This document shows positions 1 to 7,439 of a DNA stretch of 64,000 nt, in pieces. The notes beneath the pieces were generated by a model. That model saw only the letters and a program-made list of their open reading frames with translations, made no database searches and had not been told where the DNA came from. Location: the NCBI RefSeq assembly GCF_041689105.1, contig NZ_JBDNGU010000148.1, positions 805 to 64,804 on the forward strand, in the 5' to 3' direction. Origin of the DNA: Polaromonas sp. GTDB taxonomy: Bacteria; Pseudomonadota; Gammaproteobacteria; Burkholderiales; Burkholderiaceae_C. How positions within the stretch are numbered: position 1 is the stretch's first letter; each line of letters starts with the position of its first letter. A program made the translations under genes and the position numbers.

Positions 1-686
1 GGCTCCTGGCTGTCCAGGGTGACGATGGTGGAGAGGATGTCAGAGATTTGCTGCGGCGTGTAGAACTCACCCGCCTTCTTGCCCGAGCCGGCGGCGAACT
101 GGCCAATCAGATATTCGTAAGCGTCGCCCAGCGCGTCAATGTCGGTAGAAAAGTCCGCAAGCCCCTCGGCAATCTTCTTGATGATGGTGCAAAGCTTGGC
201 ATTGCGCTCCGGGTAGCCTTTGCCCAGCTTGGATGAACCCAGATCAATTTCAGAAAACAAGCCTTGAAACGTGCTCTCAAATGATTCTGTCTCTATGTAT
301 TTGAAGCCCGCCTGGAGCGTGTTGAGCATCTCGCCATTCTGGGTGCGGGCCATGTTAGCGATGCTGCTCCACAGGTGCGGCGGCTGGATAACGTAATGCA
401 CCTTGCGGCGCATCTGTTTCTCAAATGCAGTCACGTCGTCCGGGTTGTTGGCGTACCACAGGGCCAGCGGCACGCGGCGCTTGCCGCCCTCTTCCTCGTT
501 GTTCACTTTTGGGTAGTCGCTGCCCAGCTCTTTCTTTGCAGCGGCCTCGTAGTTGTCTGACAGATAGCGCAGGAACAGGAAGGACAGCATGTAATCGCGG
601 AAATCGTCCGCGTCCATAGCCCCGCGCAGTTGGTCGGCAATGGCCCACAGGGTCTTGCCCAGTTGTTTTTGGTTTTGTTCGGTCAT
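1..686 (-). CDS. hsdM: Type I restriction-modification DNA methyltransferase subunit HsdM, N-terminal part (gene continues beyond the left window edge)
   Basis: Own reverse-strand translation from ATG 686..684: MTEQNQKQLGKTLWAIADQLRGAMDADDFRDYMLSFLFLRYLSDNYE...LGDAYEYLIGQFAAGSGKKAGEFYTPQQISDIL. This shows an HsdM_N-type helical domain followed by the AdoMet-region motif EFYTP. The ORF is absent from the track because it is open at the edge. Confidence 0.85.
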   Translation of the reverse strand, partial: MTEQNQKQLGKTLWAIADQLRGAMDADDFRDYMLSFLFLRYLSDNYEAAAKKELGSDYPKVNNEEEGGKRRVPLALWYANNPDDVTAFEKQMRRKVHYVIQPPHLWSSIANMARTQNGEMLNTLQAGFKYIETESFESTFQGLFSEIDLGSSKLGKGYPERNAKLCTIIKKIAEGLADFSTDIDALGDAYEYLIGQFAAGSGKKAGEFYTPQQISDILSTIVTLDSQE

Positions 687-699
687 GTTGGGTTGTGTC

Positions 700-1719
700 T
701 TATTCGGTGGATGCGTCGGGCAGGTCCTGGAGCGCACCGATCAGGCGCTTTTCCCGCTCAATCTCTGCAATCAGCTCTTCCTCTGTTGGCAACACCCGCT
801 GGTATTTGGAGGCAAAGAGCTGCTGACTCTCTTTGATCACCGAATACTTGACGACGGTTTCATCCTTGCTATCACAAAGAATGATGCCGATGGTCGGGTT
901 GTCGTCCTCGCCGCGCTTGAGGTCATCGAACATGCGCACATACATGTCCATCTGACCAATGTCCTGGTGGGTTAGCTTGCCCGTTTTCAGGTCGATGATG
1001 ACAAAGCACTTGAGCAAGTAGTTGTAGAAAACCAGATCAAGGAAAAAGTGACTGGTTTCGGTGCTGATGCGCATTTGGCGCGCCACAAACGAAAAACCCT
1101 TGCCCAGCTCCAGCAAGAACTTTTGTAGCTCATCAATGATGGCTTGCTCCAACTGACTTTCTTTGAGTTGGCCGGACTCGGGTAGCTGCAAAAACTCCAG
1201 CACATAGGGGTCCTTGATGAAATCCAGGTGTGCGGCTTTGTTTGCAGAGCCTGAGGATTGTGTTTGGGTGGACAGCAGACGCTGATAGTCCTTGGTCTGG
1301 ATATGCCTCTCCAGCTGGCGCACAGTCCAGTTCTGAGCCCGTGTTTCCTTGCAGTAGTATTCAATGGCTTGCTGAGAATCGGTCCGAATGATCAAGCGCA
1401 AGTGGCTCCAGCTCAATTCTCTACACAGCGTGTAGAGAATCTGCTGATCAGGAAAGACCCGGTAGAACTGGCGAAAGTTGTACAAATTGGCATAAGAAAA
1501 CCCCTTGCCGAAATCTGCCGTCAGAGCCATAGACAGCTCTTGCATCAACCGCGTGCCGTACTGGGCCTTGTGCTGCCCTTGCAGCTCCTCTTGCACGATC
1601 CTCTGGCCGATCAGCCAGTATGCCTCGACCATGGCCGCATTCACTGCCGACCGCGCTTTGCCGCGTGCTTGCTCCAGGATGTTTTTGATATCTGCGTGAA
1701 AAGCAGTCAATTCGGTCAT
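700..1719 (-). CDS. DUF1016 / YhcG-like PD-(D/E)xK family nuclease
   Basis: 339-aa ORF. The N-terminal region (VNAAMVEAYWLIGQRIVQEE) is typical of DUF1016. The C-terminal core FLDLVFYNYLLKCFVIIDLKTGKLTHQDIGQMDMYV fits a D...(D/E)xK nuclease fold. The start ATG overlaps the stop of the upstream mini-ORF (ATGA). Confidence 0.72.
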   Translation of the reverse strand: MTELTAFHADIKNILEQARGKARSAVNAAMVEAYWLIGQRIVQEELQGQHKAQYGTRLMQELSMALTADFGKGFSYANLYNFRQFYRVFPDQQILYTLCRELSWSHLRLIIRTDSQQAIEYYCKETRAQNWTVRQLERHIQTKDYQRLLSTQTQSSGSANKAAHLDFIKDPYVLEFLQLPESGQLKESQLEQAIIDELQKFLLELGKGFSFVARQMRISTETSHFFLDLVFYNYLLKCFVIIDLKTGKLTHQDIGQMDMYVRMFDDLKRGEDDNPTIGIILCDSKDETVVKYSVIKESQQLFASKYQRVLPTEEELIAEIEREKRLIGALQDLPDASTE

Positions 1720-1856
1720 GCAAGCATCTCCTGAACTGCCGGGGATTTCTTGACGGTTGACCTTTGATTCCCGGCTGCGGCAGTTGTCAACTGTTGGTTG
1801 ACAACTGAAATTTGGGCCCGTAGGTCTTCGGTGCTGTAAATAATCGGGGCGCTCAT
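1716..1856 (-). CDS. Hypothetical 46-aa ORF (MSAPIIYSTEDLRAQISVVNQQLTTAAAGNQRSTVKKSPAVQEMLA)
   Basis: Own translation; the ORF is below the track's length cutoff. Its ATG lies 3 nt after the PrrC-like TAG stop and its TGA overlaps the DUF1016 ATG. I recognise no homology, so it could simply be a structured spacer. Confidence 0.25.
   Translation of the reverse strand: MSAPIIYSTEDLRAQISVVNQQLTTAAAGNQRSTVKKSPAVQEMLA
1781..1807. repeat. Perfect 11-bp inverted repeat CAGTTGTCAAC-N5-GTTGACAACTG
   Basis: Read directly from the sequence. It lies in the 140-nt gap between the PrrC-like and DUF1016 genes and has no flanking T-run, so it is not a classical terminator. Confidence 0.85.
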
Positions 1857-1859
1857 GTC

Positions 1860-2954
1860 CTACTCCGCATGCAGCACAAAGTTGTACTTTGCTATGAGGC
1901 CGCTCATCACCTCTTCGAAGATATCCAAGTTGTCTTGAACGACGATGTCCGACTCGTAGTAGTAAACCTTCTTGTGCGACAACGCATTGACAATGTCTGC
2001 AACTCGGCTCGGCTCGTTGATTCCGATTTGATTCAGTACATAACTGAATTGCCCAACACCCAGGAACGATGCCACGTTCTCCAAAACCTGCCGCAACAAC
2101 GCGAAGTGGTATGCACGGACGTCTTTGGCCCCGCGAGCCAGGGTCAGTACTTGAAGCACGCGCAGGTGGTACAAGAACACGTCGTTCCGGCAGTTCTCCA
2201 GTTCAAGCTCACCCGACTTCGCGCTCAAGATGTGCAACTTGTAGAGAGGCTTATTGTTCTTCTTGAACTTGTCGCTCTTTTCGCCCTTCGTAATCCAGTC
2301 ACTCAGAATTGAGAACAGTCCAAGGTGGTGCGTTGTGACGATAATCTTGCGTTTCTCGAACTGCTTCTCAATGAGGTCGTACAGGGTCGCCGCCGTAACG
2401 AAGATGTTGTGGTCGTCCAGGCTGGAGACTGGGTCGTCGATAAAGAAATGGCGCGACTGTTTGTTGGCCCAGCCCTCAACTTCGAACAACGCGAGAAAAA
2501 AACACCAGACAAAAATTCTCTCTTCCCCGCGCGAAATCTTGATAGGCGGCTGCGGCAAGTCCGGGTTCTGGTTCGGGATGAAAAACGTAATCGACTCGAT
2601 CCCCTTCTCCGGGTCGTCTTCATACGGGTCGAATGCAAACCCGAATTTAGGCTTATAGGCGTTGAGCTTGTCGCGAACGTTGTCCTCTGTCATTGAGGAG
2701 TGGAACTTGCTGAGACTACTTGGCAAAACGGCTAGCCGAACATTGGCCCCGTCGTTCTCTTCATCGTTGTTCCAGACAAAAAGATCTTCGCTGTAAGCGT
2801 TGTAGTAGACGCCGGTGTGGCTGCCGTCCTCTTGCTTGGTAGCGTTCTTGTATGCGACGCTGAGTTGCGTCTTTCCGGTCGCGTTGAAGGCGTACATGAG
2901 CATGATCCGCGCAGGATCATCCAGAAGCGACTTAGCAATGTCGTTGAGCATCAT
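1860..2954 (-). CDS. PrrC-like anticodon nuclease candidate (ABC/AAA_13-type NTPase head plus C-terminal nuclease-like domain)
   Basis: Track ORF 1860..3068, trimmed to Met39 (ATG 2954..2952), which overlaps the hsdS TGA (ATGA).
- Walker A: AFNATGKT
- ABC-signature-like: ISRGEERIF
- Walker B / D-loop: HFFIDDPVSSLDD
- H-loop: VTTHH
- C-terminal: LLRQVLEN...(35 aa)...NALSHKK, resembling the PrrC Arg-x3-Glu...His triad. Confidence 0.6.
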   Translation of the reverse strand: MMLNDIAKSLLDDPARIMLMYAFNATGKTQLSVAYKNATKQEDGSHTGVYYNAYSEDLFVWNNDEENDGANVRLAVLPSSLSKFHSSMTEDNVRDKLNAYKPKFGFAFDPYEDDPEKGIESITFFIPNQNPDLPQPPIKISRGEERIFVWCFFLALFEVEGWANKQSRHFFIDDPVSSLDDHNIFVTAATLYDLIEKQFEKRKIIVTTHHLGLFSILSDWITKGEKSDKFKKNNKPLYKLHILSAKSGELELENCRNDVFLYHLRVLQVLTLARGAKDVRAYHFALLRQVLENVASFLGVGQFSYVLNQIGINEPSRVADIVNALSHKKVYYYESDIVVQDNLDIFEEVMSGLIAKYNFVLHAE

Positions 2955-4231
2955 TTGAACGCCACCGGATATGGGAAGAGTTTTTGCATCAAACCCCTCT
3001 TGTGTATCTTTAGAGTTTCGAGTTGATGGGTTTCGGCAAAGATTGTTTCGTCGAGTGAGGACAGGCAATATGCGGTGCGCTTCTGCTCAGGCAATTCTGG
3101 CGTCATCAATTCGACAGACGAGAACAGCGATTTATTGACGATGGGAACGGCCTGCCTCCCTGCGAGGTTGGCAATCTTTTCTGCAATGCCGCTGAGCGCG
3201 TAGTAAACAAACCCTTCAAAATTCTCTGAACTCGGTATGACTGCATTGATTTGTTGGTTGGTGGCGCACTCTTCTCTGTTCTGTGCAATTTTACCAATAG
3301 TGGAGCCAATGCAAACGAACAAGATGCTGTCGGCCTCTATCGGGCGAGTCCCACTAAAACCAAGCGCAGTCAAGGTGGTTTTTGTCTTCTCAATGAATCT
3401 GCTGTCAGAGATATCTGCAGGCGAAACAAAAAGCCTGTCCCCACCGTAGTATTCCGGCTTGGCCGTGCTGGGGGTACTTCCAGTCACGACTTCACCGAGT
3501 TGCCCGATTGATTTGGGCGCCCAATCCCCCGCATCCCGAAACTCAGGAAACCGCAAACGCGGTTGGGTTTCGCCTTCGCGGGGGAAAAGCTGCTGCATCT
3601 GCCCTTGTTTATGGGTCTTGAGCGCGTCTACTTTGCGGGCTTGCTCGGCGATCAGCTCGTCCAACGAACTCAGGCAGTCGGCGATTTTTTGTTGTTCGGC
3701 GAGTGATGACTTCCCATTGGGGAGTGGAACAGGGAGTGCGCGCAGGTCGCTATCGTTAATGCTCAACGAACCGTGAGCACGAGCACCGACTTGAATGAAC
3801 TTTCGCAACCACTGACCATGCAAATTTCCTTGGAACAGGTAATTCAGATAGCGAGGGTCTGGTGAATCCCCAATGACGCGGAAGCAGGTAAATATGCTGT
3901 TTGGCACAGCGGCAAGCTTGTCGCCAGAATACAGCGCGAGGAATCCCTCTGGGTACTCTTTGGTCGCGCTCTTGTTATAGGCAAAGTCGTATGGCTTTAA
4001 TACCAAGTAGTTTTTGTAGGAGTCACCGGCAATGACTCGGCCAAACTTGTCCTCCTGGCTGACGAGTCCAACGCCGGATGTGATGCTCATGGGAACACAT
4101 GTCTTGTCGCCAACCTTCTCCGTGCTGATCGAAGCTAGGGAACCCAGTTTTTCCTTTGTCCACTCACCAGCCCCCAGAAACTTCGGAAAACGCAGCGTGG
4201 GCACCAAAGATGCCTTTTCTTTACTGCTCAT
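2951..4231 (-). CDS. hsdS: Type I R-M specificity subunit HsdS
   Basis: Two variable target-recognition halves are separated by conserved repeats (IADCLSSLDELIAEQ..LKTHKQGQMQQLFP and TAYCLSSLDETIFAE..LKIHKRGLMQKLFP). The start is ATG 4231, or GTG 4237 as in the track. Either way it overlaps the hsdR 3' end. Confidence 0.85.
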   Translation of the reverse strand: MSSKEKASLVPTLRFPKFLGAGEWTKEKLGSLASISTEKVGDKTCVPMSITSGVGLVSQEDKFGRVIAGDSYKNYLVLKPYDFAYNKSATKEYPEGFLALYSGDKLAAVPNSIFTCFRVIGDSPDPRYLNYLFQGNLHGQWLRKFIQVGARAHGSLSINDSDLRALPVPLPNGKSSLAEQQKIADCLSSLDELIAEQARKVDALKTHKQGQMQQLFPREGETQPRLRFPEFRDAGDWAPKSIGQLGEVVTGSTPSTAKPEYYGGDRLFVSPADISDSRFIEKTKTTLTALGFSGTRPIEADSILFVCIGSTIGKIAQNREECATNQQINAVIPSSENFEGFVYYALSGIAEKIANLAGRQAVPIVNKSLFSSVELMTPELPEQKRTAYCLSSLDETIFAETHQLETLKIHKRGLMQKLFPYPVAFK

Positions 4232-7200
4232 ACGCACTCAGCCCAGAAATCTCACGCCCCTGAGCGCGTTTTATTAGCAAAGGCACCAGCTCTTTCATCA
4301 GCGCCAGTTCAGCCTGGGCACGGGCCTTCCAGCCCAAATCCAGCGGGGCCATGAGGTCGCTCAAGGCTTCGCCATCAAAAATCATGCGCTGCAAGATGCC
4401 GTCCACAAAGGCCTGCAGTGCGGCCGGGGCCAGCTGGTGCTGGGTGGCAATGGCGGTCAGCTCGGTGCTGTCTTTTTCTTTCTTGAAGCGGGTGTAACCC
4501 TCGCGGATGGCAGTCTCACTCAGGCCTTCCCCCGCCTTCAGGGTGTTGATGTAGGCGGCTATGTCGTCACGCTCGTTCATGAACTTGGCGTCGGCCTGGA
4601 TGAGTCCAATGAGCTGCTCGCGGCTCATCTTCTGCTTGCCCGGCCCTTGCTGCGAGAAGCGCGACATGAGGCCCATGATGTAGTCATAGTCGACCACGGC
4701 GCTGGCAAACAGCACAAACTCAAAATCGAGCTGGTCCACGTCGGCCGCGTCGCCGCCTGCCTCTTTGTCGCCCCTGCCTTGTTGCGCCTTGAGGCGTTGG
4801 GCCGTATCAAGGTACACACCACGAAAGCCTTGCAGGTCTTCTGCGGGCAATATGTGCTCGATGGCGGTGGCGTTGTCGTCGGTCAGGTCGGTGTACTGGT
4901 CGAGCTGGGTTTTGAGGCGCTGCACTTCCTTGAAGTGGCTGATAAAGGCGGCGCGGGCATCATCGCCCTTGAGATTGGGCACGGCCTCGGGCGCGCAGGC
5001 CAGCCCTTGGGACTGCATGAAGTCCGCCAGCCTGGTAACAGCAGCGTCCAGCTTTTGAATGACGACCGGGGCCTTGTCCACCAGCCAGATTTCGCGGGCC
5101 TGCTCACCCGTCTTCTCGCCCGAGAACAGGGCAATAGCAGCGTCGACATTGCCTTGTTGCTGGCGAAAGTCGAGGATGTTGCCGTAAGGCTTGGTGCCGT
5201 TGAGCACGCGGTTAGTGCGTGAAAACGCCTGAATCAAACCGTGGTACTTGAGGTTTTTGTCTACGTACAGGGTGTTCAGGTACTTGCTGTCAAAGCCGGT
5301 GAGCAGCATGTCCACCACGATGGTGATGTCGATCTTATTGGCAGCTGGAAAGTCGGCATTGGGCCACTGCTGGTCTTTGATGCGCTGCTGCACGTCTTTA
5401 TAGTATTCGTCGAACTCACTGACAGTATGGTTGCTGCCGAAGCGGGCGTTGTAGCTGGCGACGATGGCCTTAAGAGAGGCCTTCTTGCCCTCGGGGTCCA
5501 CTTCGTTGTCTTCCTTTTCTTGCGGCAGGTCTTCCTGAATTTGCTTGACATCGGCATCGCCCTCGGCGGGCGGGGAGAAGACACAGGCGATGTTCAGCGG
5601 CTGAAAGTCGGGGTTGGCAAGCTGTTTGGCGGTTTGCAGCACGGCAAACAGGCCGTGGTATTCGATGGCGTCGTTGATGCTGTTGGTGGCCAGCAGGGCG
5701 TTAAAGCGGCGCCCAGCGGTGGCGGTGTCGTGCTTGGTCAAGATGGCTTCGATGACGGCTTTTTTGGCCAGGGCCTCGCCTGGCTTGGGCAGCTTCTTGC
5801 CTTCGGGTTTGAAGTAGTCCACATGGAAGCGCAGCACGTTAGCGTCTTCAATGGCGTGGGTGATGGTGTAGGCATGCAGCTGCTTTTGAAACAGGTTTTC
5901 TGTGGTTCTGAACTGCCCTTCATCCCCTTCGAACTGCTTGGCCGTGGCATTCTTTTCAAAGATAGGTGTGCCGGTAAAGCCGAAGAGTTGCGCCTTGGGG
6001 AAGAACTCCTTGATAGCATCGTGGTTCGCGCCAAACTGGGAGCGGTGGCATTCGTCAAAGATGAAGACGATGCGCTTGTCGCTCAGCGGCTCTAGCTGCT
6101 CTTTATAAGTGGCTTTGCCGTGTTTCTTTTGCTGCTTGTTGCGCTTGCTGGTATCAATCAGCGCCAGGCCCAGCTTCTGGATGGTGGTGACGATGACTTT
6201 GTCGGCATAGTCGTCAGACAGCAGCCGGCGCACCAGCGCGGCGGTGTTGGTGTTTTCCTCCACGCAGCCTTCCTGAAAGCGGTTGAACTCCTCGCGGGTC
6301 TGGCGGTCAAGGTCTTTGCGGTCCACCACAAAGAGGCATTTATCAATGTCCTCACGGTCTTTGAGAAGTGTGGACGCCTTAAAGGACGTGAGCGTTTTGC
6401 CGCTGCCGGTGGTGTGCCAGATATAGCCGTTGCCGCAGTTCTGCTGAATGCAGTCCACGATCTGCTTGACCGCATACACCTGGTAGGGCCGCATCATGAG
6501 CAGCTTTTGCTCGCTGGCCACCAGAACCATGTAGCGGCTCAAGGTTTGGCCAAGCGTGCATTTGACGAGGAAGGTATCGGCAAAACTGTCGAGCTGGGTA
6601 ATCTTGTTGTTCGCCTCATCAGCAAACTGATAAATCGGCAAAAAGCGCTCGTCTTGGTTAAACGAAAAGTGGCGGGCGTTGTTGTTGGCGAAGTAGTAGG
6701 TGTTAGTGCGGTTGCTAACGATGAAGAGCTGCAGAAAGCACAGCAGGGTCTTGGTGTAGCCGTTGCCGGGGTCGTTTTTGTAGTCAACGATCTGTTCCAT
6801 GGCGCGGCGCGGGTTGATGCCCAGGGTCTTGAGCTCAACCTGCACGCATGGCACACCGTTGATGAGGATAAGAACGTCGTAGCGATGGTGGCTGTTGTCG
6901 GTGTTGATGCGCAGCTGGTTGACGACCTCAAAGGTGTTTTTGCACCAGTCTTTGATGTTGACCAGGGTGTAGTTCAGCGGAGTACCGTCTTCGCGAGTGA
7001 AAGCATTTCGCTCGCGCAGGGTGCGGGCGGCGGTAAACACATCCGGGGTGACGATCTCGTCGAGCAGCCGCGCAAACTCACTATCGGACAGCTTGACGCG
7101 GTTGAGGGCTTCGAACTTTTCACGGAAGTTGCACTCTAGCGAGGCGCGGTCACGAATGTCCGCGCGGTACTCGTATTTGAGGCCTTGAAGCTTGCCGATG

Positions 7201-7283
7201 AAGCCGTATTCGATCTGCTCCTCTCTGACGACAGGACTCGGTGCGCGGGACGGCAGGTCGTAGGGGAGCTTGGATGAAGGCAT
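4221..7283 (-). CDS. hsdR: Type I restriction enzyme R subunit HsdR
   Basis: 1020 aa. N-terminal nuclease region (YDVLILINGVPCVQVELK), SF2 motor Walker A (WHTTGSGKT), DEAD-type box (FIFDECHRSQ), and a long helical C-terminus. Confidence 0.9.
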   Translation of the reverse strand: MPSSKLPYDLPSRAPSPVVREEQIEYGFIGKLQGLKYEYRADIRDRASLECNFREKFEALNRVKLSDSEFARLLDEIVTPDVFTAARTLRERNAFTREDGTPLNYTLVNIKDWCKNTFEVVNQLRINTDNSHHRYDVLILINGVPCVQVELKTLGINPRRAMEQIVDYKNDPGNGYTKTLLCFLQLFIVSNRTNTYYFANNNARHFSFNQDERFLPIYQFADEANNKITQLDSFADTFLVKCTLGQTLSRYMVLVASEQKLLMMRPYQVYAVKQIVDCIQQNCGNGYIWHTTGSGKTLTSFKASTLLKDREDIDKCLFVVDRKDLDRQTREEFNRFQEGCVEENTNTAALVRRLLSDDYADKVIVTTIQKLGLALIDTSKRNKQQKKHGKATYKEQLEPLSDKRIVFIFDECHRSQFGANHDAIKEFFPKAQLFGFTGTPIFEKNATAKQFEGDEGQFRTTENLFQKQLHAYTITHAIEDANVLRFHVDYFKPEGKKLPKPGEALAKKAVIEAILTKHDTATAGRRFNALLATNSINDAIEYHGLFAVLQTAKQLANPDFQPLNIACVFSPPAEGDADVKQIQEDLPQEKEDNEVDPEGKKASLKAIVASYNARFGSNHTVSEFDEYYKDVQQRIKDQQWPNADFPAANKIDITIVVDMLLTGFDSKYLNTLYVDKNLKYHGLIQAFSRTNRVLNGTKPYGNILDFRQQQGNVDAAIALFSGEKTGEQAREIWLVDKAPVVIQKLDAAVTRLADFMQSQGLACAPEAVPNLKGDDARAAFISHFKEVQRLKTQLDQYTDLTDDNATAIEHILPAEDLQGFRGVYLDTAQRLKAQQGRGDKEAGGDAADVDQLDFEFVLFASAVVDYDYIMGLMSRFSQQGPGKQKMSREQLIGLIQADAKFMNERDDIAAYINTLKAGEGLSETAIREGYTRFKKEKDSTELTAIATQHQLAPAALQAFVDGILQRMIFDGEALSDLMAPLDLGWKARAQAELALMKELVPLLIKRAQGREISGLSAYEQ

Positions 7284-7384
7284 GGATTGGCGATTGTCGT
7301 GATCGACTGATTAAGGGCTGTGCGCTTTGTGGATTACCCACGATTGTGACCGTTCAGCCTACGCATTTCTACCACCTCCACAGC

Positions 7385-7414
7385 AAAAAGCCCGAGCCGG
7401 TAAAGGCTCGGGCG
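7385..7414 (-). terminator. Rho-independent terminator downstream of lpdA
   Basis: The minus strand reads GCCCGAGCC-TTTAC-CGGCTCGGGC followed by TTTTTGC, 26 nt after the lpdA stop. Confidence 0.65.
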
Positions 7415-7439
7415 TTGCAGGGGCGCCAGGATGCCTGTT

